From NCBI RefSeq assembly GCF_006345805.1, contig NW_021835930.1, positions 1 to 34,196 of the forward strand: a DNA stretch of 34,196 nucleotides, in the 5' to 3' direction. Position 1 is the stretch's first letter; each line of letters starts with the position of its first letter. The position numbers and the translations under genes are program-made. Source of the DNA: Octopus sinensis. Taxonomy: Eukaryota. The notes beneath the pieces were generated by a model. The model saw only the letters and a program-made list of their open reading frames with translations, did no database searches and was not told the DNA's origin. Of the stretch, positions 22,475 through 34,039 are shown one piece after another.

Positions 22475-23476
22475 AATATGTGATGCATCTAAGGTGGCGA
22501 GCTGGCAGAAACGTTACCACGCCGGGCGAAATGCTTAGCGGTATTTCGTCTGCCGCTACGTTCTGAGTTCAAATTCCGCCGAGGTCGACTTAGCCTTTCA
22601 TCCTTCCGGAGTCGATTAAATAAATACCAGTTACGCACTGGGGTTGATGTAATCGACTTAATCCGTTTGTCTGTCCTTGTTTGTCCTCTCTGCGTTTGTC
22701 CCCTTGTGGGTAGTAAAGAAATAGGTATTTCGTCTGCCGCTACGTTCTAAGTTCAAATTCCGCCCAGGTCGACTTTGCCTTTCATCCTTTCGGGGTCGAT
22801 AAATTAAGTACCAGTTACGCACTGGGGTTGATATAATCGACTTAATCCGTTTGTCTGTCCTTGTTTGTCCTCTCTGTGTTTAGCCCCTTGTGGGTAGTAA
22901 AGAAATAGGTATTTCGTCTGCCGCTACGTTCTGAGTTCAAATTCCGCCGAGGTCAGCTTTGCCTTTCATCCTTTCAGGGTCGATAAATAAAGTACCAGTT
23001 ACGCACTGGAGACGATGTAGTCGACTTAATCCGTTTGTCTATCCTTGTTTGTCTCTTCTGCATTTAGCCCCTTGTGGGTAGTAAAGAAATAGGTACTTCG
23101 TCTGTCTTTACGTTCTGAGTTCAAATTCCACCGATGTCCATTTGCTTTTCATCCTATCGGGGTCAATAAATTAAGTACCAGTTACGCACTGGGGTCGATG
23201 TAATCGACTTAATCCCTTTGTCTATCCTTGTTTGTCCCCTCTATATTTAGCCCCTTGTGGGCAATAAAGAAATAAGAAACGTTAGCGGGCCGGGCGAAAT
23301 TCCGCTGAAATGCTTAGCCGGGCGAGATTCCGCCGAGGTCCACCTTGCCATTCTTTCTTTCGGGGTCGATAAATTAAGTACCAGTTGCATACTGGGGTTG
23401 ATCTAATCGACTGCCCCCTCCCCCCAAAATTTCGGGCCTTGAGCCTAGAGTAGAAAAGAATATATGACGCATCTAA
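22475..23476 (+). mobile_element. SINE family B concatemer: head, four 184-bp units and a terminal unit, inside an 18-bp TSD
   Basis: Units start at 22541, 22725, 22909, 23093; restart at ~23276; AATATGTGATGCATCTAA 22475-22492 versus AATATATGACGCATCTAA 23459-23476 (16/18). Confidence 0.9.
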
Positions 23477-23689
23477 ATTTTCTTTACTCCAGAGATTTCT
23501 ATGGAACTAAGGACTGCACCCTGGTACTCATAAATACAACAAACGTTAACTGGAGCATTAAGGAATAATGAAATACCTGACAAGTGAACTATGAAATATG
23601 TAAAGCGAATAATGATATACGTAAAGCGAACACAAAGTTTCAAGGCAAAGAAAAGAACAGTTAGATGACTTTCCGCTCCATTACAATCT

Positions 23690-24208
23690 TTTATCTTTTA
23701 TTTCTAATTTGTTTTATTCATTAGACTCTGGCCATGCTAGGGCACCACCTTGAGGAACTTTTTTTTAAGCTAGGTACTTATTCTATCGTTCTCTTTTACT
23801 GAACCGCTAAGTTACGAGGGTGTAATCACACAAACACCGGTTGTCAAGTGGCTGTGGGTGAGATCAAACACATATACAGACATACACACACGCATATATG
23901 TGCGCGAGCGTGAAAGGGGTCGGGCTCACAATCAGGAGGTAGTGAGTTCGATTTCCGGACCGAGCTGTGTGTTGTGTTCTTGAGCAAGACACTTTATTTC
24001 ACGTTGCTCCCGTTCACTCAGCTGTAGGAAATGAGTTGCGACGTCACAGGTGCCAAGCTGTATCGGCCCCTTTGCCTTTCCCTTGGATAACCTCAGTGAT
24101 GTGGAGAGGAGAGGCTGGTATGCATGGGCGACTGCTGGTCTTTCGGACTTGTGCCTCGGAGGGGAACTTTCTAGGAGCAATTCTATGGTTATTTATGACC
24201 GAAAAGAA

Positions 24209-24255
<47 letters not shown>

Positions 24256-24416
24256 TGGGCTTCTCTCTGTTTCCGTCAAAGAAGTTGACCCACAAGTATT
24301 TGGTCGATTCGAGGCTATAGTGAAAGACACTTGCTCAAGATTCCACACAACAGTACTGAACCCGGAATGATGTGATTGGGGAGAGACCTGTTACCACACT
24401 GCTACGCCTGCGCCTA
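23690..24416 (-). mobile_element. SINE family A split by a family C insertion in its central microsatellite
   Basis: 3' half 23690-23900; 5' half 24253-24416 ending GCCTGCGCCT. Confidence 0.75.
23908..24210 (+). mobile_element. SINE family C (CORE-like central domain)
   Basis: GAGTTCGATTTCCGGACC B-box then TTGTGTTCTTGAGCAAGACACTTTATTTCACGTTGCTCC, shared with the copies at 29699-30185. Confidence 0.7.
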
Positions 24417-25227
24417 CATTCGTGGATTTATTGTGCATGTTTCTGATTATAACAATAAAGAAATAAATGAATAAAAGATGATCAGTCATATTAATAGACT
24501 ACAGTTTTGGAAGCTGTCCAAATAACTAAGGCCTAGAAATACAATAATACAATTCAGTGTTTAGTCGGCCATTTTATAGACGCTTATTATGATGTATATT
24601 GAAGCAGAATTGTACAATGTCAGTAAAAACTTTCTTTCAAAAGATTATATTCCCAATATCTATAGCAACTGTATAAAACTACTGAATATAGAAGGAAGAA
24701 CAATATGGTGGTGTAATGAGGTGGAAATAGCATTAAAGCTTGCAATGACATCGTCGGCTGTTGTAAGACGATACGACGTATTTTCAGAAATCCACCATAA
24801 AATATGTTAACAAAAAGTAAAGGCATGGATTCTTTTGTTGTCAGATATTTGATTGAGAAGTTGGAGAAGCTGGTTCAGGTTATTGGATGAGGAGTTTTCC
24901 GGTAGAAATAGCCAAGAGGATTCTGTTTGAGCTCCTTGTAAATGGAGTCTTTGAACCGATTTCGATTTTAATAAGGCTGTCATTTTACATTAACTTCATG
25001 ATTTCTACCCGCGTAAGGCGCCAACGTGGCAGGATAAATACAGCACCGGACGTAGAATGTGCGAGATACCCATAACTATCATCTGCAATTCGCTTATTTG
25101 GGTGCTGGCAGGGATTTCATCTAAATTACTTGTTTGCTTCTTTTGGTATCATAAAATCCCAGGTGTCCCAATAATTATCATATTATCATTATTATTAGTA
25201 TTAGTATTAGTATTAGTGTTGTTGTTT

Positions 25228-25459
25228 TGAAGGCGACGAGCTAGCAGAATCATTACCATCCTGGACTGTTTCATCTGCCGCTACGTTGTGAGTTCAAATT
25301 CCGCTAAGGTCAATTTTGCCTTTCATCCTTTCGGAGTCGATTAAATAAGTACCAGTTATGCACTGTGGTTGATGTAATTGACTTAATTACTTCCCCAAAA
25401 TTTGAGGCCTTGTACTTCCAGTAGAAAGGATAATTAGTATCACTATTAATATTATTATG

Positions 25460-25495
<36 letters not shown>

Positions 25496-25710
25496 AAGCT
25501 GGGAGAATCGTTAAGCACGTCGGACGAAATGCTAATAAGCATTTCGTCCGTCTTCATGTTCTGAGTTCAAATTCCGCCGAGGTCGACTTTGCCTTTCGTC
25601 CTTTGGGATCGACAAAAGAAGTACCAGTTGAGCAGTTCTCCAAAATTGCTGGCCTTGTGCCGAAATTAGAAATCATTATCATTATTACCCTTGTGGCCAA
25701 TAAAAGAATT
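25228..25710 (+). mobile_element. Two tandem monomeric family B copies (~25228-25435 and ~25495-25710) with (ATT)/(GTT) tails
   Basis: GGCGACGAGCTAGCAGAATC and GGGAGAATCGTTAAGCACG heads; GAGTTCAAATTCCGC cores; CCCCAAAATTTGAGGCCTTG and AAAATTGCTGGCCTTGTGCC ends. Confidence 0.7.
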
Positions 25711-25748
25711 AATTATCATTATTGTTGTTGTTGTTTGTTGCTTTTATG

Positions 25749-25809
<61 letters not shown>

Positions 25810-25812
25810 TAT

Positions 25813-26350
25813 TGAGTGAGAGAGCAGTTCATGCCATCAAGTGACACTGGGGTAAAATATACGAAGCCCAATATACCCATCATGACTACCCGTCTGATAA
25901 AGGTACACCAGGCACATGCATCACAACCATATGTGCGCGACATGGTGATTATATCAAGATAAACAGCACATGACCTTGGCAGGTGGGGCCCAGTTAGAAT
26001 TTTCTTCAGGTTGAGTAGCCCATCCCGCTCAAACGGCCCTGAATAAGGGTTGTTTAGGATGTTGAAAGAAACACCCATGATTCCAGAGGTGAACTATTCA
26101 AACCCCAAAGAATCCCTCTCAACACATGGCTATGATGCTCCCCCACTACTTCTGCTCGTGATCAGAGATGCACATATCGTCAGCCACTAAGGGCATGCTC
26201 AACTGGTTATGGCAAACAACTGACAAGCAAATCTGTTGGTATTGAGCAGAATATTTGCTGTAGCCCATCTTTTATACCAAGACAAAACAATGTAAATGAT
26301 AACAATTCCAATCAGTTAAGATCAGAAGCCATGAGAGCCACTGCCTGGTA
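25813..26350 (+). mobile_element. Family E repeat, longer copy, flanked on both sides by (ATT)n
   Basis: 26013-26350 is the reverse complement of 3621-3960; (ATT)n at 25750-25812 and from 26351. Confidence 0.8.
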
Positions 26351-26653
26351 TATTATATTATTATTACTATATTATTATATTATTATTATTATTATTACTA
26401 CTACTATTATATTATTATTATTATTACTAATACTACTATTATTATTATTACTACTACTTCTACTATTATTATTATTATTATTTTATTACCACTCCTACTA
26501 CTACTTTTACTAAACTAATATTGTATTATTATTATTATATTATATTACTACTATTATTACTACCCTACAACTACCTATATTATTATTATTATTATTATTA
26601 TTGTTATTGTTATTGTTATTTTGTTATTGTTGTTGTTGTTATTGTTATTGTTG

Positions 26654-26708
<55 letters not shown>

Positions 26709-26720
26709 TATTTTTATTAT
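26351..26720. repeat. Compound (ATT)/(ACT)/(GTT) microsatellite
   Basis: Directly visible triplet tracts. Confidence 0.95.
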
Positions 26721-27119
26721 TAGCGTTTCTGTTTAGTTCGTTTCATGCCAAATTTCCTCTACACGACTAATGTTCCCGTATTTCTGTGGAGCGTCTGTAC
26801 TGTTGCCGTGAGTTATTTCTTTAGTTTCGTATTTCTTCAGCGTTTGTTATTTTCCACCTGCTTCCACAACAATGTACAATATTTCTGTGTTTATGATTTA
26901 CTACTCCATCTGATGTAGCTCGCTAAATCTTATAGATTATCCATTTAAGTGTACATTTATACGTATACAAAGGATCCTCCATATTTTCAGGACAAAATTA
27001 GAGTTCTTCCTACATCTCTTCCTGCTTCCTACACCTCTTGTATCAAGTAGTGTACACAACACAGACTTTGATATATTTGGGTTATTTAATCTTCTTTCAT
27101 TATCTGTCCATATGTCTGT

Positions 27120-27388
27120 TTGCATCTCTCTCTTTCTCTTTCTCTCTTCTCTCTCTCCCTCTTTCTCCGTCTTTTTATCTCTCTTTCCCTCTCTCTTTCT
27201 CTTCTCTCTCTTCTCTCTCTCCCTCTTTCTCCGTCTTTTTATCTCTCTTTCCTCTCTCTCTCTCTCTCTCTCTCTCTGTACCTATCTCTTCAACTGTCCC
27301 TGTCTGCCTCCTTCTGTAGCCAGGTATCGACGAGTACACCTCTGCATAGATTTTTTAACCTCTATATATTTCAAAATGGACACATGCT

Positions 27389-27419
<31 letters not shown>

Positions 27420-27455
27420 ATGTATGTATGCATGTATGTGTGTGTGTGTGTGTGT

Positions 27456-27488
<33 letters not shown>

Positions 27489-27530
27489 GTGTATGTATAT
27501 ATGTATGTATATATGTATGTATCTGAAAAA
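27120..27530. repeat. (CT)-rich tract with an internal ~48-bp duplication, followed by a (TG)/(TATG) tract
   Basis: CTCTCTCCCTCTTTCTCCGTCTTTTTATCTCTCTTTCC occurs twice (~27150 and ~27214); TG tract 27400-27520. Confidence 0.85.
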
Positions 27531-27697
27531 TGAATAGAAATTGCTTTTCTGATATTTTTTCCACTTCAATAATTAGATACTAAAAAGATTGTCAGAAAAG
27601 CCAGTTCTATCCATTTTTTTTCAAATATATAATACTATAGCAAGGACGTTCTCTTCTTATTCATATATATATATATATATATATAATATATATATAT

Positions 27698-27972
27698 ACT
27701 CTTTTATTTGTTTCAGTCATTTGACTGCGGCCATACTGGATCACCGCCTACAATCGAACAAATCGCTCCCCCAGGACTTATTATTTGTAAGTCTAGTTCT
27801 TATTCTATCGGTTTCTTTTGCTGACCTGCTAAGTTACGGGGACAAAACACACCAACATCGGTCATCAAGCGATGGTGGGGTTGACAAACACAGACACACA
27901 AACATATACATACATACATACATACAGACATACAGACATACATACATATACATATATACATATATCTATATC

Positions 27973-28054
<82 letters not shown>

Positions 28055-28277
28055 CCGAAATTGCGAGGATGATCCGGTTCTTGACTGAAGATTGACGGCT
28101 TCGAATTCCCGTCCGTGTTTTTTGTATCGTCTTCTAAATGTTTTGCGTTCTTGTCCCAGTTTGTATTTTTTTACATATACATATACATATATATATATAT
28201 ACACGGCAGGCTTCTATCAGTTTCCGTCTATGTGGTTGGTAAGCATGCTTCTTATCACACAGCCACTCTTGTGCTTA
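27698..28277 (-). mobile_element. SINE family A with a ~120-bp foreign insert (28051-28172) in its central microsatellite and a deleted core
   Basis: 3' half 27698-27905; 5' remnant 28202-28277 jumps from TTTCCGTCTA to TGTGGTTGGTAAG. Confidence 0.75.
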
Positions 28278-28324
28278 TATATATATTAAATATGTGTATG
28301 TGTATATATATATATATATTATAT

Positions 28325-28402
<78 letters not shown>

Positions 28403-29213
28403 AACGGCTAAAGAATAAAAACAGGGTTATTAAGTTGTTTCTTCTCCGTAGAAGGAAGAAAAATGATGAACACCCTTAATCAATTTTCGAATCTTACCGC
28501 ATTTTCATCAAGGGCAGCACTTTGACCAATCCCAGAGAAACAAACAGCCAGTCTGTTTATATTGTCAACAATTACAGTAGCTAGAAAAAACGGGAGCTAA
28601 ATGTATGTGTGAGTAAACGTACAAACATATATTCGTATATACAGATAAGCACATATTCTTACCGAATTACAGATACATGTAACATATCAGCATTTGAGGT
28701 TATTGTACCCAATACCCTGGCTGCCAGTCTACTTGATGTTTCCCTCTTAGATGCCAGACAGACCACAGCCATGCGATTAGAGAAATGATATCGCGGAATT
28801 TCAGCCAATCCAAACAAACTTTGGTTTATAAAGCGAAAAATACGCTACACATGTTCACTGGGTGAACCAAACAGTTGCCGTTGAAACGAGTATCTTTTGA
28901 AACACTGTCTGTTAAAGCTGTTTTTCATTGTTTTGAATTGTCAGTCAACTTCCTAAGATGTGTGAGTTACGCACGTCAGACAGGAAACGTGTTTCACCCA
29001 TTTTTTTTTATATCAGAGCTTAGTAATTTAACTTCAATGTGTGTTTCTAGGCTATCAGCCGGCACTAATTCCGTTCTCCATTTTGTTTTTGTTTTTTGGA
29101 GGCGTTTTTTTTTCTGTTCATGCATATAAATTATGAGAACTTTTTCTGAAAAAAAAGAGATTATCTAAAACGTATGATTTAAATAATTTCAAAATATCAA
29201 TATTTGGTTTCAC

Positions 29214-29260
<47 letters not shown>

Positions 29261-29359
29261 CACACACACACACACCACCACACACACACACACACACACA
29301 CACACCACACACACATACATATATATATACTTATACGTATATATATATATATACACATA

Positions 29360-29553
29360 CCCCTAGCATTGCTTGACAACCGCCGATGCTGGTGTGTTTA
29401 CTTTCCCGTCACTTAGCGGTTCGGCAAAAGAGAACGATAGAATAAGTGCTGGGCTTACAAAGAATAAGTCCCGGGGTCGATTTCCTCGACTGGAGGCGGT
29501 GCTCCATCATGGCCGCAGTCAAATGCCTGAAACAAGTAAAAGAGTAAAAAGAG
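29360..29553 (+). mobile_element. SINE family A, 3' half
   Basis: GCTTGACAACCG..CTTAGCGGTTCGGCAAAAG..GGCGGTGCTCCATCATGGCCGCAGTC..GTAAAAGAGTAAAAAGAG. Confidence 0.85.
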
Positions 29554-29698
29554 TATATGTGTGTGTGTGTGTCTATGACTATAACATAACAACAGGTTGG
29601 TAGGATAACAGGCTGACTTAGCTCCGCATAACTTAAGGTTTCATAGAAGCAAAACATGTTTACAACATCCTATTTTATTATTTGTCCTTATTTGTACT

Positions 29699-30185
29699 AG
29701 TGGAGGTGCATGATTTAGTGGTCAGGGTAAGATTTTTGATCGAAAGGTTGTAATTTCGATTCCTGGATAGGGTGATGCATTTTTTTTTTTTTGAGCAAAA
29801 TTTTTTTATTTCATGTTACTCCAGTCCACTCAGGTGGCAAAAATCAGTAATCGTGTGAGGGACTGGCGTCTCGTCCAGGTGGGGAATTAAAATGCCATGG
29901 AAATCGGGAAACCGGACCTATGAGTCTATGTAAATCGGGAAGGAACGTTAATGGAGGCGCGTAGCTTAGTGGTTAAGGTGATGGACTTGCGATCACAAGA
30001 TTGTGATTTCGATTCCTGGACCGGCCGAAACGTTGTGTTCTTGAGCAAAACACTTCATTTCACGTTGCTCAACTGACACAAATGAGTAATCCAGCGACGG
30101 AACGACGTCCTATCCAGGTGGGAAATTTATACCACATAAAACCGGGAAACCGACCCTTATAAGTCGGTATGAGTTGAGAAGTTAA
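29699..30185 (+). mobile_element. Two tandem family C-type SINEs (~29699-29950 and ~29951-30185)
   Basis: Heads GGAGGTGCATGATTTAGTGG and GGAGGCGCGTAGCTTAGTGG, TTTCGATTCCTGGA B-box, TTGAGCAAAA..ATTTCA core and TCCAGGTGGG..GGGAAACCG 3' part in both. Confidence 0.75.
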
Positions 30186-31086
30186 TTTTTTAACCTTTTT
30201 TGTATTAGATCCTGGCGCAAAGAGACGCTCTTTGGTTTTACACAATTATTCCATTTAATTTCGTTGTTTTGTTTTCTTTTCTGGAAAATTTGCCAAATCT
30301 GAGGCCTTTAAGCACAACAGCAGTTTTATGCATTGTTTAACATGTCTGTGTATAAACGCTACTGTTGTTACCTCTGTCGTTCAAAACATTAGTTAAGCTG
30401 TTAAAAATAATTCATTTTCCCTGAAATCTTTATTACTTAGTGGATTTTTTTTTTTTGTGTGTGTGTGATTCTTGTTCCTGCAGGCGAATCTCTTTCTGTG
30501 CTGTGTTTCTACTTGTTTTACTAGCTGTGGAGCGTATCTGGTATACATTTTTATATGAAATGGCGATAAAAGTGAAAGTAAATAAATCATAAAGTTTGTA
30601 AAGATCTTTCGTGTCTACCCCCGCTTATCGAGGCAGACGTCAACGAGTAATTAAAATTCGAATTGGCAAGTGCTTCAAAGAAAGAAGTTTACGTTTAATG
30701 CTGCTAAGAATAGTGTCGATTCTCAGAGAGAGAGAGAGAAAAAATCCTTTTCTAAAGACATCAACAACCGCAACTACTACAATAACAGCAACATTAATGA
30801 TAATAATGGTTACAAATTTTGGTACGAGGCCAGTAATTTTAGTGTAAGAGGTTTGGTCCAAATACATCGACCGAAGTGCTCAACAGTTGTTCTCATATAA
30901 GTTACTTTGAAGGACGACAAGGTATCCGTACTTGACGACGCGCAACGACGCAGAAATGCATATTGTTTATAAAAGATAGACAATTTGTTCAGCGTAATTT
31001 TTGCCTGTCAGAGTTAACACGAACATGCTAAGTATAAATGTACGCACGTATGTATGCGCGTGCGTGCGCGTGCGTGTATGTATATA

Positions 31087-31302
31087 TACTCTTTTACCCT
31101 TTTATTTGTTTCAGTCATTTGACTGCTGCCACGCTGGAGCACCGCCTTTAGTTGAACAAATCAACCCCAGAACTTATTCTTTGTAAGCCCAGTACATATT
31201 CCATCGGTGTCTTTTGCCGAACCGCTGAGTTACGGGAACATAAACACACCAACATTGGTTGTCAAGCGATGGCGAGGGTGGGCAACAAACACAGACACAC
31301 AA

Positions 31303-31344
<42 letters not shown>

Positions 31345-31345
31345 G
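31087..31345 (-). mobile_element. SINE family A, 3' half
   Basis: TTGTTTCAGTCATTTGACTGCTGCCACGCTGGAGCACCGCC..GCCGAACCGCTGAG..CAAACACAGACAC followed by (CA)n. Confidence 0.85.
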
Positions 31346-31402
31346 CACACACACATATATATGCATACATATATATATATATAATGGAAGAACAACAACA
31401 AC

Positions 31403-32010
31403 AAACTTTTTGTGAGCGATGAAAAGTGGAACGGTTATTGGGAGGTGGCTGCAGATTTACTAGGGTGCCAGAGGCTCTTTCCCGTCCCAGTTATGAAAAA
31501 ACCGGACATTTTAATGTGGTGCGAAAGAAAGAAAGTGGTGAATCTTGTCGAGTTAACGGTTCCTCATAAAGACAACATGGACGCCGCTCGGGCTCGATAG
31601 ATTGACCGTTATGGAAACCTCCTCGAGGAATGTGAAGACGCGGGCTAGAGAGCGGAGCATTTTCCAATCAGAGTTACATGTAGAGGGTTTGTTGGACACA
31701 GTGTGAGGCGACTGTTATTATCGTTAAGGCTAACTCATCGTAAAGTCAATACCACCATGACCAATATTCAAACTACAGTGGAAAAGGCTAGCCACGGGAT
31801 TTGGTTAAAAAGAGACGATGAGCGATGGCTAGAAGAATATTGAGCTTTATTTGATAACCAGTTGATCATATTTGTGAGGGGGCGTCGGTGCGCATTGATG
31901 CCCTCGAGATGTAGACCCTGAAACGGCTCGCATTCTCTCCTGATGACCTCATACACTTGCTGGCTTCCGGTATGCGGAGCTCTTGACTGGTAACAGTTGC
32001 ATGTGCAAGT
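31403..32010 (+). pseudogene. 3' end of a restriction-like-endonuclease (RLE) non-LTR retrotransposon, HERO-like
   Basis: One frame 31412-31843: KPDILMWCERKKVVNLVELTVPHKDNMDAARAR*IDRYGNLLEECEDAG*RAEHFPIRVTCRGFVGHS..TVEKASHGIWLKRDD, which fits the RPD..ELTVP..GCRGF..WLKR pattern of RLE LINEs; stops at 31598 and 31646; ~165-bp 3' UTR. Confidence 0.85.
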
Positions 32011-32062
32011 TGTTTGCAAAACATATATAAATATAAATATATATAAATATAAATATATATAT

Positions 32063-32238
32063 AGGCGCAGGAGTGGTTCTGTGGTAAGTAGCTTGCTTAC
32101 CAGCCCCGTATGGTTCCGGGTTCAGTCCCACTGCGTGGCACCTTGGGCAAGTGTCTTCTACTATAGCCTCGGGCTGACCAAAGCCTTGTGAGTGGATTTG
32201 GTAGACGGAAACTGATAGAAGCCCGTCATATATATGTG

Positions 32239-32272
<34 letters not shown>

Positions 32273-32468
32273 AGTGTGTGTTTGTGTCTGCGTTTGTCCC
32301 CCAACATCGCTTGACAACCGATGCTGGTGTGTTTACGTCCCCGTAACTTAGCGGTTCGGCAAAACAGACCGATAGAATATGTACTAGACTTACAAAGAAT
32401 AAGTCCTGGGGTCGATTTGCATGGCCACAGTCAAATGACTGAGACAAGTAAAAAAGTTAAAAGAGTAA
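32063..32468 (+). mobile_element. SINE family A, full length, small internal deletion near the 3' end
   Basis: AGGCGCAGGAGTGGTTCTGTGGTAAG, GGTTCAGTCCC, CCTTGGGCAAGTGTCTTCT; GATTTGC joined directly to ATGGCC; low-complexity possible TSD AAATATAAATATATATA at 32045 and 32467. Confidence 0.92.
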
Positions 32469-32519
32469 ATATAAATATATATACATTATCATAAGAGATA
32501 TATGTGTGTTTGTGTGTAC

Positions 32520-32548
32520 ATATGTATGTATGTACGTACGTATGTATG

Positions 32549-32582
<34 letters not shown>

Positions 32583-32663
32583 TGTATGTATGTATGTATG
32601 TATGTATGCATGTATTATGTATGTATGTATGTAAGTATGTATGTATGTACGTACGTATGTATG

Positions 32664-32697
<34 letters not shown>

Positions 32698-32775
32698 GGC
32701 ATGTATGTATATATGTAAGTATGTATGTATGTACGTACGTATGTATGTATGTATATATGTATGTATGTATGCATG

Positions 32776-32806
<31 letters not shown>

Positions 32807-33091
32807 GTATGTATGTACGTACGTATGTATGTATATATGTATGTATGTATGTATGTACGTACGTACGTATGTATGTATGTATGTATGTATGTATGTATGT
32901 ACGTACGTATGTATGTATGTATGTATGTAGGTAGGTATGTATGTATATATGTAAGTATGTATGTATGTACGTACGTATGTATGTATGTATGTTTGTATGT
33001 ATGTATGTATGTATGTAAGTATGTATGCATGTATATATGTATGTTCGTACGTATGTATGTATATATGTATGTTCGTACGTATGTATGTATG

Positions 33092-33125
<34 letters not shown>

Positions 33126-33267
33126 TGTATGTACGTACGTATGTATGTATATATGTATTTATGTTTGTATGTATGTATGTATGTGTGTATGTATGTATAT
33201 ATGTATGTATATATGTATGTAAGTATGTATGTACGTACGTATGTATGTATATATGTATGTATGTATG

Positions 33268-33301
<34 letters not shown>

Positions 33302-33330
33302 CGTACTATGTATGTATACATGTATGTATG

Positions 33331-33364
<34 letters not shown>

Positions 33365-33418
33365 GTATGTATGTATGTATCTATGCGTGTATGTATGTAT
33401 GTATGTATGATGTATGTA
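32520..33418. repeat. ~900-bp (TATG)n tetranucleotide microsatellite with TACG/TAAG/TATA variants
   Basis: Directly visible; source of all YVCM/TYIH ORFs. Confidence 0.97.
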
Positions 33419-33567
33419 GCCTCTTAATTTATTCAACACTTATTTATCTGCTATTAAAGATATTGTTTTTCCCCAACATCCGCTTCTCATTTGATGTTTT
33501 CTTACAAGTGCTTGCAACTATTTATATAGAAACCTCCCAAACTCTTTCTGAAGACGTCTGATATTGT

Positions 33568-33598
33568 AGTCACGTGTGAGTCACGTGTGACTCACGTT
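33568..33598. promoter_or_regulatory. 11-bp-period cluster of E-box and AP-1 consensus sites
   Basis: CACGTG at 33571 and 33582, CACGTT at 33593, TGAGTCA at 33577, TGACTCA at 33588. Motif match only; function untested. Confidence 0.3.
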
Positions 33599-33927
33599 TT
33601 TCCTTTTTTTTAAATTTTTCCTAGCACCACTTAGTAATTACATATCAGACAAATAGACGTAATTTCGTTTCTAAGTTTGTTTTGGTTACTAAGGAGACTT
33701 ATAGTGAACACTTTATAGACTTCCTCTCTCTCTGCTGGTTTTGCCTATAAAATTTATGTTGTATTTTTATTGAAAGTGAAAGAGAAAGCTATTTCGTATT
33801 CATAAGTTTTGATGATATCTGAATCATAAATGTCTGACCTTCCAGTTGTACAGTTAATTCTCGTTACCACCCACACTAGTTAAATGTGCGGAGTTGAATT
33901 GAATTTACGCTGTATTATATTTAATGG

Positions 33928-34039
33928 GTTTATGAGCCATTTAAAAACACAGAAACCGTTTGATTCACTTCAACATTTAAATTTAATTTGTCAAAATATT
34001 TTCTAACGGTTTTTGAGTGTTTTTAAATGGTTTATAAAC
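33928..34039. repeat. Imperfect inverted repeat (33928-33960 versus 34005-34039)
   Basis: Perfect 14-bp core CCATTTAAAAACAC/GTGTTTTTAAATGG, with GTTTAT and AAACCGTT ends also matching; 44-bp spacer. Confidence 0.8.

Noticed and set aside
24620-24826. 68-aa hydrophobic minus-strand ORF in unique sequence
   Set aside because: No recognisable family, upstream in-frame stop, no convincing splice sites; a BLASTX or RNA-seq hit would revive it.
26820-26842. Minus-strand CTGAAGA-AATAC-GAAAC
   Set aside because: No stem II, stem III or stem I.
28051-28172. Fourth hammerhead (contains GAAA and CTGAAGA)
   Set aside because: No stem II closes correctly in any permutation and GAAT replaces GAAA downstream; possibly a Penelope-like fragment, but unsupported.
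28800-28812. CCAAT box as a promoter
   Set aside because: Single short motif with no supporting TSS evidence.
30024-30039. 16-mer GCCGAAACGTTGTGTT identical to 4047-4062
   Set aside because: Lies between the B-box and core of a family C SINE with no CUGANGA upstream; treated as coincidence.
32431-33561. YVCM/TYIH, HTHT, IYIY and similar ORFs here and elsewhere
   Set aside because: Translations of (TATG)n, (CA)n, (TA)n, (CT)n and (ATT)n microsatellites.
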